The notes below the pieces were generated by a model. The model had not been told where the DNA came from and ran no database searches. It saw nothing but the letters and a program-made list of their open reading frames with translations. From Marsupella aquatica (taxonomy: Eukaryota > Plantae > Marchantiophyta), in the NCBI GenBank assembly GCA_973895155.1, contig OZ316892.1:17536357-17600356 (forward strand): DNA of 64,000 bases. Reading direction: 5' to 3'. The position numbers and the translations under genes are program-made. Positions 25,341-39,471 of this stretch are shown here, in pieces (positions within the stretch are counted from its first letter, which is position 1; each line of letters opens with the position of its first letter).

Positions 25341-28300
25341 ATGTCAACGCAAGGCTCGGCTGCCGTGGCACGCCGCTTGCGCCGTCCACTGCTGGTAATT
25401 TCATGGAGTTTTCTTTGAACTATGTGCTTCTCTGTCTCGATGATGTGATAATTGAGTCTGATTACTGAAAGGGAATTTTGGCTTGCTGGTTGATTCAAGT
25501 CGTCTCGAAGCGGGCTGTGGGTTGTTCGTCAGGGCATAACTATGTTTTAGGGAGCATATTCTCACCTTAGAGAATTGGCGAGTTTCTAGGTCATGGGCGT
25601 TGGCAAAGGCAGAATTATGGTCTATGTGGAATTTGGATGTAGTTCGCTCCATTTGCAACAGATCTGAAAACTGTTTCACCAGAATCGAGTTTCCAGAAAA
25701 TATATAGCCGATAGACATTTCGGTTTCTACATTGTTTTCAAGCGGCTTAGTTTCACCACTAAGTATGCAGATGTTGCCATTTTGGGGATTTCTGTCTACT
25801 TGTTCGTAGTTGAGCCATTGAAATTGCTGGGAAGGATTGGAAGGTGTAAATCGACACAGTCCTGCCGTTCTCTTAGGGTTGCTTCGAAGGAATCTGATGT
25901 TCTGGAGGGTCTTTGACTTAGGGTTTGCCTCAAATTGCAATCAACGGATGACAACCGAAGTACAGCTGAGGCTTTTAGGATATCACAGCCAATCTTTCTT
26001 TAGATATCTTATGTCGATATGATTTGCAAGAGATCGCCCTGTCGTGTCCAGCACGTCATAATATGCTACATCTTCCCGACGTCTAATGGAGTTCTATTCA
26101 GCTTTATAACTGTGTTCTCTAGGAAAGATTCACGTGTACCGTGCTGGCTCTCTTTGTCTACGAATGGTGCTTTCTGACGTGTTAATAGTCGGTCTATATT
26201 CAGGAGGCTTTTGGGTATTACAGCAGATCGTCACGTACCCCACCACACCTGAATATTGATGCTGTAAGTCACGGATGCGGGTTTTCAACTGCCGTCAATC
26301 AGGGGCATAACTTTTCCAAGAGGTGGTTCCAAAGTGTAGGTTTACCTGGAGGCAAAGATCATGGCCCTGGCACATCGAGTACTCTATCACGGATTTCAGG
26401 CTTGTCAAGACTGCGTGGTCATAATTGTGAGCTCACAAGAGCATCTAATTGGAGAAGCTCTGCTGCCCCAAGGCATTTGACACGCGCCCCTGGCTTACGG
26501 AGAACATTCTGCAGCGAGGCCCCCAAAAAGAGAGGTGTGAAAGGGTTATTTCGAAGTTTTTGGATAACTTGTACATTTCTCCTGCCAATTATCAGACGGG
26601 ATTACCCTAAAGTTGGGTTAAGACTTGGAATTTTGAATCAACGCGTCTGTTTCAGGTTATGAGAACTACTATCCCAAGAATAAGAAGGAGATACCGAAGC
26701 GTAACCATAAAGAAGCAAAGAATGGTATGCCTTCCCTTTCCAGTTTCTGTCGATCTTGGGGTAATTTGGTGGCACTTAGTGAAATTATTCGTGTTCTACT
26801 CTATTGTACGTAGTTTGATGCACTTATTTCAGAACAAAGAAATATCATCCTGTACAGATTGAGCATATGTTTGGTAAGATGACACGTCCCTCGAGTTGAA
26901 GGCCTATTTATGTTAATGACAAATAATTTAAGTAGTACTTTTTGAGCTACAAACCTTTTCAGGCACTTCCTGAAAGGTTGATGTATACATATATCTAAGT
27001 CTATTGCGAACTCAACTGCTGCTGGTGTGATTCCACAATGCAGAGGATCCGAAGTCAGAAGACCCGAAGATGCTCACAGATGTCCCAAAAGTCCAGATGC
27101 AATCTCTGATTCTAACAGGGTTTCTGGGTACTATCGCGCTTGCAACACTTTCCCTCAGACGGAGTGATGCCCAACAGGTACCTCCTTGTAATCTCGAATG
27201 TATTCGACTGTGCCCGGTATTAGTGTTCTCTTCAGAACTGGAAAGTGTTCTCCGCATACCAACGACTCAACTGAGCTCTCTGTAAATGTTGTAATACTCT
27301 ATACAGATCAGCTTTCAGGAGTTCAAGAATAAGTTGCTGGAGCCAGGTCTTGTTGACCACATTGAGGTGACAAACAAAAGCGTAGCAAAAGTTTACACTC
27401 ACTCCCCGTCATCCCAGGAGGGTAATGGAGGAACTGTTGAAGATTCCCAAACAGATGGTCGCCAGTCAACAAATGGAAACCGAAATGTCCGTTACAAGTA
27501 CTTTTTCAATATTGGAAGCATTGACTCGTTCGAGCGCAAGCTGGAAGATGCTCAAGACACCCTGGGGGTAGATCCCCGTGACTACATTCCTGTGACGTAT
27601 GTGTCAGAGATGAGCTGGCAGCAGGAATTACTAAGATTGGCCCCAACCCTACTTATAATTGCTGGATATATATTCTTTACTCGAAGAATGCAAGGCGGGT
27701 TCGGAGTAGGAGGTGGTGGCTCTGGTATGGGTGGGCGTGGAATTTTTAACGTTGGCAAAGCGCAAGTGACCAAATTGAATCAAAAGGCGAAAGATAAGGT
27801 GCATTCCTCAACCGTGCCTCTACCATTCATGTTTTTGTTACAGGTTGTTAGAGTCTTCTCGTCATTCTGTGTTGTAGTAGGTGGTGGAAATGTGCTGAGA
27901 ATAGTTCGCATCAGGCTAATTCCGTCACTGAATTTGGTGTGAATTGATGGCTGCCTGAGAGGCGTGGAGAGCTTCAGAATGCCCACGTGTACGTCAAAGG
28001 CGCCTGTTGTGTGAGACTATCCTACCACCTACAGTGTATTGAACCTTCCCTGTCGCTACCGAATGCAGGTTATGTTCAAGGACGTAGCAGGTTGCGACGA
28101 AGCTAAACAAGAAGTTATGGAGTTTGTCCATTTCCTGAAAAACCCCGCAAAGTACCAGGAAATCGGAGCAAAAATACCCAAAGGTGCCCTTCTAGTTGGT
28201 CCGCCAGGCACAGGAAAGACTTTGTTGGCTAAGGCAACAGCAGGAGAAGCTGGAGTTCCATTCCTTTCCATCAGCGGATCAGATTTTATGGAGATGTTTG

Positions 28301-30185
28301 TCGGTGTTGGCCCGTCTCGAGTGAGAGATCTCTTTGCACAAGCTCGGCAGGCGAGTCCAAGTATAATTTTTATTGATGAAATTGATGCTATTGGTCGGGC
28401 AAGAGGCCGCGGTGGTTTTGCTGGAACAAATGACGAGAGGGAAAGCACTTTGAATCAGCTGTTGGTGGAAATGGATGGGTTTGGTACAACCGCTGGCGTG
28501 GTCGTACTAGCAGGAACAAATAGGCCGGACATTCTTGATAAGGCTTTATTAAGGCCAGGACGTTTTGATCGGCAAATTACTATTGACAGACCAGATATAA
28601 ATGGGAGAGAGCAGATCTTCCGTATCTATCTTCAGAAGTTAAAGGTTGATCAAGAGGTTACCTATTATTCCCAGCGGGTTGCTGCACTTACTCCAGGATT
28701 TGCAGGTGCAGATATTGCCAATGTATGCAACGAGGCAGCTTTGATAGCGGCCAGGAATGAGAGGACTGTGATTACTATGGAGCATTTTGAGGCTGCTATT
28801 GACCGGATCATAGGTGGTTTGGAAAAGAAAAAAAGGGTAAGGCACTCGTGTTCTTTCCCGTGATTTTCAAATGGAATTGTTGCAGTTAGATGTTACAAAG
28901 CACACGTTGGTCCGACACAGCTTAGGATACAAGGTTATCAGTAAATTGGCTGTTTATTCAAGTGGTAGCCGGAGTGACGAGCTAGATTTGAAGACAAGCT
29001 CTTAGAACTTAATGCTAAATTGGATGTTTGCAAGTCGTGGTGCAATAAATGTTTCCAGTTCTTTGTAGATCTTTGCGTAGCTAAGAGATTTGTTTGTGAT
29101 CAGGTGATTAGCAAAGAAGAGAGGAGGACAGTTGCATACCATGAGGCTGGGCATGCAGTGGCTGGTTGGTTCTTGCAGTACGCGGAGCCTTTGCTTAAAG
29201 TGTCAATTGTTCCGAGAGGTACAGCTGCCCTAGGCTTTGCGCAGTACCTGCCCAACGAGAATCTTCTCATGACCAAAGAACAACTTCTGGACATGACTTG
29301 CATGACCCTTGGTGGACGTGCTTCAGAACAGGTACATACTAATTTTTCCTTTTGTAATAATGTGAGATACAGCTGAAAGGCAGCTGACAACCAATTACTA
29401 TTATCTCATGTTGTTTGTCTATCGAAATTTTGTCTGGATGTGGAATGTAAGGTTTATGTTGGTCGTGTATTTTAGCATCCATTTCGTTGCTATTGAAGGA
29501 GTTCTGGCCTACTTGATTTTCTGGATAAATTCATTTCTTGTAGAAATTCCTCTTTAGTGCTGTTGTGCTATGTGTTCGTTCACAAGAGATATCCAGCTCC
29601 TTAGATCTTTGGAGCTCATTGCATTTCTTATTCTTTCTTTGACAGATCTTGTTGGGGAAGATTTCAACTGGGGCCCAAAATGATCTCGAGAAAGTGACCA
29701 AAATGACCTATGCTCAAGTAGCAGTATATGGATTTAGCGAAAAGGTTGGGTTGCTATCCTTTCCACAAAAGGATGATGGGATGGAAATGACAAAGCCTTA
29801 CAGCAATCAAACCGCAGAGATCATTGATCAAGAGGTTCGCCTCTGGGTTGACACTGCTTACAAGCGTACTGTTGCATTATTAACAGAGCATAAGAAAGGT
29901 GTGGAGGCTTTGGCCTTGAAGTTGCTAGAGAAAGAAGTGCTCCATCAGGAGGACCTTGTTTTGATCCTTGGTGAGAGGCCTTTTAAAAATGCAGAATTGA
30001 GCAATTATGATCAATTTAAGCTGGGCTTTCAAAAAGGGAGGGACACAGGTGGTGGTGCCGGTGATGGGGCCAGTGCTGACAATGGGGCAGATGACGGTTC
30101 AGAAGGCTCAAATGGTGAAAAGAAAACAAACGGGTCACCTCCTCAGCCAGATGGTGCCCTTCTCCCAGTACCGGCTGTGGTTTAG
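25341..30185 (+). CDS. ftsH: Mitochondrial m-AAA metalloprotease FtsH (FtsH3/FtsH10, AFG3L2-like), 8 exons
   Basis: Exons 25341-25394, 26204-26534, 26656-26724, 27044-27177, 27307-27798, 28069-28836, 29104-29331, 29646-30185 join in frame. Arg-rich presequence [18 protein letters not shown], Walker A GPPGTGKT, Walker [35 protein letters not shown] zinc motif. The first exon is the least certain. Confidence 0.95.
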
Positions 30186-30779
30186 TCTCCTGGACGATCT
30201 TAGGCTTGAGGGAATTAATTTTTTGTATCATATGGCTAACAAAGAGAGCAGTGTTTTCACTGGTGGAAATTGGACGGATCTCAGAAGTCCTAGAGATATT
30301 TGTCACTAACTAAGCATTGCACAACCGAAGGTATAAGTTCAAAAGTTGATCAGTCAGGGGTCGAATTGTTGTACACTGGTAGTCCTCCGGAGGTACCAGT
30401 AAGTAGATTACGGCAGGTCTTGGAGGAGGTTTTACATATTTGGTATATGGGTGGACTCAATATTAAGTTCTTACCTGTAGCACTCCAGTCGACCCCCAAA
30501 TGATGTATTGATCCGAATCAGAACTGGCCGAATCGTCTGTTGACATAAAAAACTGGAACTCAGCTCTTAATCAAATTCAGCTTGTCCTTCTCAGCATAAA
30601 TTCGGCAAAGAAGCATTGGATTGACGAGCACCGCTGTCCAGTCATACCAGTAATGAGCTTATAACCACCTCTCTCCCCCCCTTCGGCAGCTTTTTCATTC
30701 CGAAACTAAAATTATGTGTGCTCTATGGCTAGTCTGCCGTATCGTCGACTTTTCCTGTCAACCTTCTGGGTTGGGCCTT

Positions 30780-31150
30780 GCTATTCGTTTACTTCTGTCA
30801 CACATAGTCAACAGTAAAGTTCGACAAGTGTATACAGTGATCGGCTGCCTCTTTCTTCGATTCTTCATATTCGTCGCATGGAATAGAGGACAAATCGGCT
30901 CACTTTAGTCCGTTTCCCCGTAGGTTCTGCACAGATTGTCCTCTGTGATTTGACGGAAGTAGAGTGGTTTTCGTGCTATTCGCTTACTTCTGTCACACAA
31001 AGTCAACCGTAAAGATCGGCAAGTGTATACAATGCGCGTTCCTCGATCGGCTGCCTCTTTCTTCCATTGTTCATCTTCGCCGCGTGGAATATAGGAGAAA
31101 TCGGCACACTTTAACTTGTTTCCCCGTAGGTTCTGCATAGATTGTCCTGT
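30780..31150. repeat. Tandem duplication (about 195-bp unit) upstream of HIR
   Basis: gctattcg.ttacttctgtcacaca.agtcaac.gtaaag...gatcggctgcctctttcttc...tttccccgtaggttctgca occurs twice. Confidence 0.85.
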
Positions 31151-31972
31151 GGACCGGAATAGAGTCCCAAGAGTTTTGGCGTACCATCTGCAACCACTCG
31201 GCATCCTTTTTGACTCTGGGCGCATCGATTTCGCGACACCACACATGCTGGGGCAGGCCTGCCGAATGGCAAACTTTCTGGTCACACGAACGATTCCTCG
31301 TAGCTGCGTCGTCCCATAAGCCTTCCCTCATCACCTCGTCCCTTTCATCATGGACCACTTCACTTCAGGCTTTATAACCCACTGCGGGACCCTCGAAGCT
31401 CTGATTAGAAACTAACACATACTCTTGCGACGTCACCTCCGAACGAAAGAAACATATTGTTAGTTGCCAGCAGAAACATGTGACCTCCTCAGTTCCCGAA
31501 ATCTAATATAGGCGGGCAAGCGGAGATTTTACGATTTCATCGAAAAGGCCACCCACTACATTCGATTTGACCGTCTAGAAGCGGAAAAGCTGGGTCTGCG
31601 CTTATCGCCCACGACAGCCGATCCTCGCATCGTTACGCTACGCGGAGGACTGTTTCTCATACAAATAGAGCCAGAGAAGTCCACAACAAAAACATTCATG
31701 TTCTCTCACTTCACGCACTGCAGTGCGTTTGTATATTCAAAGGAATGTGTATTTGAGATGAGGGACTTGTGCACACATTCTCTCCAGATAGTCGTGTACG
31801 TGATAGGAGACTGACTCGTGGGAAAGGTTGCTCAATTTTGGTGCTGTGGCCAATTCATCTAAATTTCATTTTGAGCTGAAATTGTACTAGAGCACAGCTC
31901 CAGATTCTAGCCGTGGTGGTTAAGGTGGTGGTGTTATAATTACCCGGGTAATTACCTTGGTGGTCCGGAGCC

Positions 31973-32836
31973 ATGGGTAATACATTGGGCTGTGTGCAGG
32001 TGGACCAATCTACGCTTGGCGTCAAAGAAAAGTTTGGGAAGTTTCAAGACATTATTGAGCCGGGGTGTCACTGTGTGCCCTGGTGTTGCGGATTAAACGT
32101 TGCTGGCAAACTCTCCCTTCGTGTACAGCAGCTGGATGTTCGTTGTGAGACCAAAACGAAGGACAATGTCTTCGTTGTGGTGGTGGCTTCAGTTCAATAC
32201 CGAGCGCTCAAGGACTCTGCTTACGACGCCTTCTACAAACTCACGAATCCTAAAGCTCAAATCCAGTCATATGTCTTTGATGTGGTGAGGGCCAGCGTGC
32301 CCAAGATGCTTCTGGATGATGTGTTCGAGCAGAAGAGCGAGGTTGCCAAGAATGTTGAGACGGAGCTGGAGAAGGCCATGGGAACCTACGGCTATGAAAT
32401 CGTCCAGACGTTGATTGTCGATATCGAGCCTGATGCGTCAGTCAAGAAGGCCATGAATGAGATCAATGCAGCTCAACGAATGAGGGTCGCAGCTCGGGAC
32501 AAAGCAGAGGCGGAGAAGATCCTCCAGGTGAAGAGGGCTGAAGGAGAAGCGGAGGCGAAGTATTTGTCAGGCGTGGGTATTGCAAGGCAGCGTCAAGCGA
32601 TTGTTGATGGCTTGAGAGAGAGCGTTGTTGCATTTTCTCATCAGGTCCCTGAGACAAGCGCCAAGGACGTTCTTGACATGGTCTTGGTAACCCAATACTT
32701 CGACACCATGAAGGAGATTGGAGCTAGCTCGAAGAACTCCACTGTGTTTATCCCCCATGGACCAGGAGCAGTCAAGGATGTGGCAGAACAGATTCGCAAC
32801 GGTTTGTTGCAGGGCCAAGCAGGACAGCAGCAATGA
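31973..32836 (+). CDS. HIR: Hypersensitive-induced response protein (HIR, SPFH/band-7 family), intronless CDS
   Basis: [13 protein letters not shown] (N-myristoyl/S-acyl motif), [53 protein letters not shown]; 287 aa is typical of HIR proteins. Confidence 0.96.
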   Translation: MGNTLGCVQVDQSTLGVKEKFGKFQDIIEPGCHCVPWCCGLNVAGKLSLRVQQLDVRCETKTKDNVFVVVVASVQYRALKDSAYDAFYKLTNPKAQIQSYVFDVVRASVPKMLLDDVFEQKSEVAKNVETELEKAMGTYGYEIVQTLIVDIEPDASVKKAMNEINAAQRMRVAARDKAEAEKILQVKRAEGEAEAKYLSGVGIARQRQAIVDGLRESVVAFSHQVPETSAKDVLDMVLVTQYFDTMKEIGASSKNSTVFIPHGPGAVKDVAEQIRNGLLQGQAGQQQ

Positions 32837-35712
32837 GCAAGAGCCTCATTCTAGGCTTCTCAACTTCTGAGTTGTCAATTCTTCCTTAGTTTCCGTTTGG
32901 GTTCCCGGATCTCTCTATGTAAGTAGAAAGCACTCTAGAAAATTACAAAAGGTGTACAACAGTGAAGCTAAAACACATTCGTACCCTAGAGAGGAGGGTC
33001 TGTCTGTTGGTTTGAGACAAAACTGGTAATAATCATAGCCTGAAATGATATTGCATGAGACTTGTAAAATTTGTATTAACAAGAACAAATCAATTTCACG
33101 ATGTGAGTGATGCGTGTGCTAGTTGCAAATTGTTACCTGGTTTTCTTTCTCTCCAGCGTTTTATTACGACGCCTATTTTATGACACCTATTTTACAAGGC
33201 CTAGACGTCTACCGGCACTGTTGGCACAGTTGGCAAGAAAAAATCTCAATACTAGTCCGGACTCGGACGTAAAAGAGAACTGTGATGCCTCCTCGATCGA
33301 TATTAAATTGCAATGCCATCTTTTGTCTAGATATGGTATGGACCTTTCGAACAAGCAAGGAACAACCATCAGCTTCGACATCCAATAAATTGCCTACAAA
33401 CTGAATTGCAAGTCTGCCTGGACATTCAGTAATTGAATCGTCACCTTTAAGGAAAACTTAATCGCAATGTTCCAGAGACATGAAAGCAATTTCCTTTGCA
33501 CGAAAATTTGACGCGAGGAAAGACATTATCTCGTGGAGATTTGTACGGGAACGCACTTCCTGGTCAAGATGTTGGGTATAATCACATTCTACACCAAACC
33601 TGATTCTGTGGAGGGCATTCGATCCGATTTCGCTTCAAACTTAAATCTACATAAAATATTAGAGTTTCTACACCATATCCTGCCTCATAACGGAAAGTGG
33701 GCAATGAACCTATAGCCAAATCTATTGGAATTTGGTATGAGGAAAGACAACGCTGTAATTCCAGTTTGAAACAGACAGTCACTGAATAACTCAACTATTC
33801 TCGACAATTGCTCATTTGTTCATGATGTTAAAACTTGTCATAGAAGTTGCTGTCTCTGTGACGAATTTCGTTCACCAAGTCCCCAATTACTTTCGCACTT
33901 TTGCAATTATCCTTTCTTTCAGAACGCAGTTGTTAGTGCTTATTCTGACCATTGACAACTCACTATCCAAAGCTTCACAGGTCAGTGGGCACGTGTCTAC
34001 TCGCATCCGGTCCTGTAAGTCTTCTGATACAACAAATCTATCATCAAAAGTCTAGCAATGACATACTTCCGCTTCTCGGATTTTTTTATGGTTTCCTGAA
34101 TGAGAATGATACACATTTGACGTAATTGTCCTATTCAAAAAGAATTCAGGAGTACCTTCACTTCCAGCTTTAGGACCTTCTTGCATATACCTCTCACAAG
34201 TTTCCACCTCAACACTCCCCAAAGTATTGGTAAAAAGCAAACACAAACCTCCAAACTCTCTGCTTACCTTGCTCAATGGGAACTAGTGAGCTTGTGCAGT
34301 TCCTTATTGTTGTTTCCACATCTAGACCTGTACCTTCTTGTTGTTTCCATATCCAGTTTTTACAAGGTTCTGTTGGAATTGTTTATTTGCTTCATTCCAG
34401 TTTCAAGGTTTATGACCTCAAGGGCCTGAAAGTGTAAGAATCTGATATCTTGATACGTAGAATGAATGCTGAGCCGAGGCAAGGGCCCCACATGAATACA
34501 TGTCTGAGAGTCCAACGGAATCATCAAGGGACTCAAGAGCTAGATGGTGGTAAACTATCTACTTTATCGGTTATAGAAAAGCTCACCCGCGAGCAACTGA
34601 AACCATTTTGTCATTTCGATTTAGTGATTGCTATACTTAGGCAGATACACCATCCCAAACTTTGTTCCCAATTCCGACTTGGCAAAGAAATATCGCCTAT
34701 CAATCTACAGTGGGAGACCCATTGTACATCTACCAAACAAATTAATCACTAAGTCTTGTAGCGGACAATGTTCGGGGGAAAGTGGAGGAGTGGCCTGGAC
34801 AATTGAAGGAGTTGAGCTGATCTCAGTGAGATCTCAAAGGATGCTTTGGCACTTGGAAGCACAGAGCCAAGTAAATTCCTATCCAAGGCTATGGTCCTGT
34901 CAACAGAAAACTTTTGGCTCTTGCCCTTGGTTTTCCACTTTGTATATTGTGAGGCCTACCTGAGGAGGAGGAGGAGGTTGAGGCATACAAATCCGAGATT
35001 GAGGCATACAAATATGACTCAATGTTGGCATGCTATGTGTTCAGTTCGGCGCCATATACTCAAAGACTCTGCTCTTGCAAGACAACCCTTATTCCAATTT
35101 CAAGAGGTTAAGGACCTCAACGAGCAGAAAATTCCCAGCCCTTGCCCTTGGTTTCTTCACTTTGTATGCCACCAGGCCTGCTTGAGGAGGATGTTGAGGC
35201 ATACAAAGTGAAAGTCCTCATACCTCACCTGCCACATCATCAAAAATTTGAAGGGCGCTCGCACATTCTTAATCACTGAGTGTTATTCTAGATACACATC
35301 TGGCTGTTGGATTTTGATGTGCAATTACACGCCCTGGCTGTAGGTTTTTGATGTGCAATTGTCAGAACGCATGCTTATCCATTTCAAAACCAAAAAGAGA
35401 TTGTAACGTGTCACTACTGGCATCCTTATCATGTCCTGGTAATTGCTCATCATGTGACATTATACAGTGTACTATGTCACTCCATACCATCATAAACCCA
35501 ACTATTATGTGCAAATCGCTAAGTTGTACTCCAAATATGCATCTGGTTGTTGGTTTTTGATACGCAATTACATAAACAAGTCTGAATACCCATTCTTTGA
35601 TATGTTAATAGAAATGATGACAAAAACCATAATGCACTATCATTAATTTGATATACATAATATCCCATGGTCCTTTCAAATACATAAATTTTGGTGGGGC
35701 CCTAGAGTCATC

Positions 35713-37388
35713 TTACTTATAAAGCGTCAACTACAAGCTAGAGTTGGGGCCTAGGCTTATCGAGTGAAGCCTCTAGACCTTAACTCCATGGCTCATCATG
35801 TGGATGTGAAAACTCATGACTGTGATGTATGTCAAATGATAATCACCCATGTTTTTATGGTCATTTCTATTTGTATTAACAAATGAGCTCTATGGCAGCA
35901 GCATTAATATGTGCATAGAAAATTGTATGATATGTAATGTATGATTATTGAAATGATGACATGCATGATGATTTATCATTTCATTAACCTTCAAAAAAAT
36001 GTGAATAAGGAATATATTTTGGTGACATTTTTATTGTCCTATTCACGTTCAAAGACCAAGTAGTCGGGGCTAGTTCTCTAGTCCAATTATGGGGAGGAAT
36101 CTATATCCCTCTCACTAATAATTATGGGATATATACTAGAGTTGGGGTCTAGGCTTCTATTGTGAAGCTTCTACACCATGACTCTAGGGCCCACCAAAAT
36201 CCATGTGAATAAAAAAAACCATAGAATGTCATGTATGTCAAAATGATAATAATGACAGACCTTGACTCTAAGGACTCACCAAAATTTATGTGGATGGAAA
36301 GAAATATGGGATGTGATGTATCTCAAAATGATATTCATCCATGATAAATTTTGTCATTATCTTACTTATAAAGGGCAAAGGGGAAGCTAGAGTCAAGGTC
36401 TAGGCTTCTAGAGTGAAGCTTCTAGACCGTGGCTCTAGGGTCACACCAAAGTAGATGTGCATGGAACAAAGATATGCATGGACATGATGGTATATTATAT
36501 ATATGACATGAATAAGAGCATATGTGCAAAAATATGTATGTATACGATGATATATTATGTATCACATGAATGAGAACATACTTGCATGTAAAGAAGATAT
36601 GCATAGACAAGACAATATATTATATATGACATGAATAATTGTTTTATATAGTTTCATTAATATTTATAGAATATAAAATAAAAAATATATTTTGTTATAT
36701 TTTATTGTCTTCTTCTGGTCACCCTTTTGGACTAGTTCCTATTAACATTAAAAGAATGAGCATTCAATCTAGTGCAAAACAATTAAAAAGCAATTTGTAA
36801 ATATGGAGGAGATTTGCATTGTCACGCTGGGTCAACCAGCACTAAAACAAGACACTAGCTCGGATTACCCATTCTTTGAACATGAATAGCGGGCAGAACA
36901 ATAAATATGTTACCAAAATATACTCCTTCCCATTTTTTGAACATGAAAAGAGGGGAGTACAATAAATATGTTACCAAATTATATTGTTTCTTCACATTGT
37001 TTGAACATTAATGAATTGATTAAAAAACCATCATGCATGTCATCATTTTAATAATCATACATAATATATCACACTCTTATCTATGCACATATGTTATGGT
37101 GGGACCATAAATATTTTTAATAAAAAAAAATTTATGATAAAAAAACATTATGATTATCATTTGGTACACATCACGAGTTTTCACATACACTTGCTGAGTC
37201 ATGGAGTTAATGTATAAAGGCTTCACTCTAGAAGGCTAGTCTCCCTACTCTAAGACCTTTATAAGTAAAACTAAAAGATACTGAAGTTATCCTTGAAAGC
37301 GAAGGAAAGGTTTATAATATGGAGCAAACGAGCTATTTGTGAACACTACTCCGAGCTCTAACTTGTAGTTGGAGTTTTATAAGTAAGC
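35713..37388. repeat. AT-rich repeat complex with long diverged inverted arms (foldback/MULE-like relic)
   Basis: About 35713-36055 is the diverged reverse complement of about 36885-37268 (e.g. gatgacatgcatgatg / catcatgcatgtcatc; gagtgaagcc / ggcttcactc); internal direct repeats are also present. Confidence 0.7.
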
Positions 37389-39471
37389 TTAAAAGACACT
37401 GAAGTTATCGTTGAAAGCGAAGAAAATGTTTATAATATGGAGCAAAAGAGCGATTTGTGTGTCATGGATGCGATTTGCGTTGTTGCGCTGTGTCAAGCAG
37501 CGCTACAACAAGACAGTAAAGCTGTCCTTTGGAAGCGAAGGAAAGAGGTAACGTGAATTATTAAGGCGACCGCCCGCAAAATCGGGAAAGAAGGCATGCG
37601 GGTTTAGCCGTTGAGCGTCCCATCAGTCTTGGCATGCCCTCATTGGTCCGCGTGGGATGACACTGGACCGTATGTGTGCCACGAATCCACGTGGACACTC
37701 ATGGAGCCAACACCTGTTGAAGAATAGGAACTTGCACACGTCCAAGCTAGGTGCCGCCATAGCACTGGCCACGCTGATCTGTCAACGGCAGTCTTCGTGA
37801 CAGTTGATCGGCGTCAATATTATAAGATGTGCTTCTTTCCCTCTGTTTCCGCACCTCTCATCAGCCATATGACCCACTCGCCCTCTTGTGTAGCTCAATC
37901 AAGACTTTCAATCGCTTCTCGTCGCCCACATCTTGGAACTGAGTCTGCCCGTTGGTTTCGCATTTGTTGCTTCTGGAGTGATCCCATTTCTGCATCGTTG
38001 AGTTTTAGTCGCTCGTCGTCCCGATCTTCGAATTGAGTTTGTGATCCGACTTCGGCAACGACCATGAATCCTCTGTCCAGGCTGAGAATAGGTGTGCGCA
38101 GGATGTTCCGGAGGACGGGCCGCCAGACCAAAATGGCGAATCACAGTGCTACCTCGCCTCACACTACCGGACACTACAAGCGCCACCTCAGGCGGATGAT
38201 GTTCTGGAGGAGGTATTGATCGATCGGATGTGGGTTTCGTTCACCATTTTCTTTGTTGACATGTTGCCTCTTAGTCAGGATATCGTCAGCTTTGTCCTGG
38301 ATGAATCGAGGATTCAGAAGTGTGCCGTCTTACGATCTTTTTGCTTTCTGATGCGCAGACCTCGTGCGACGACGAGTGCCTTCTAAGCGATCCCTTCATA
38401 CGGTTGATCGCCGGACACATGGAGAAGATACGAAGGGAAGCAAGCCAGCAAGAAGCAAGCCAGCAAGAAGCAAGCCAGCTGAAAAAGCTGCCAACGTGAC
38501 TTGAAAATCTGCTGAGATCCTGACTTGCTGCACACTTAGGAACGGAAATTTGTTCCTCTTATTCATAAGCAGCTGAGGACAATGAGCCAGTCCGATTCAA
38601 AGCGGGATTGGAGATTTTATGGATTTAGATAAAGAACAGCTTTCATAGTAAAAAGATCCGGTACTTCTTGTGTACTACTCCTCTCGCTGGCCATAGTTTG
38701 TGTACATGATTTAGCTTCAATGGAAAGGTTTAGAGTGTAGAATCGCGAGTGGCGGTGACAATGTAAAATAATTAGGCGAGATCTGCCTTCTGTGGTTCTC
38801 TTTTGTGTTATTGTTCGATTATTGAAGAAGGATTTGCATTGATGCATCGATACCTTTTCAGATCTCATTGAGCCTGCATCTTGATGCGTGGACTTCCGTA
38901 TATTGTCCGGGGCGTTCCTTTATTGCCATCCGGTTATGTCGCAATAGATCTGGTAAAGATGTACGTCTTTTGTGTTGTATCACGCGGCACTCTTTGTGAC
39001 AGTGCTTACTCGGTTGACAGAGCAAGCGAAGATCGATCATCTCAATGGGCAATAACTCTTCAGTGTGCCATGCCAATGAATAGTGATGGCACACTGAATA
39101 GTTGCTACAAATTCATGGCAGTTCAATCGGCAACTAACTCCGGGCTATGTTAACATGAACCTCTGAACAGCTCCTACAGGCAGTACAAGTTACTAATCTG
39201 CCAGAGCTCGACGAAATCATACTATGTAAATGAACTTTTCCCACTGACAATGGGATGCAAGTAAGACAAACGTACTGTTGCCACGCCTACTGATACAAAA
39301 AAACGCGGATAAATACTGCTGGTGCCAAATCAAGTGTCTAATGTCAAAGCCGATATAGCTGTCCAAAAATTGCTACATCTCACTATATACTTGGTCAAAT
39401 CTGTTAAATCTCTCTCGATGATAATTGAATTGTCGGAACACTCTTTAAGGGATCTCATCCCCCGCCACGTC

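Noticed and set aside
37797-38480. Short ORFs and a 15-bp triple repeat (aagcaagccagcaag) suggesting a gene
   Set aside because: No recognisable domain, and no consistent exon chain could be built.
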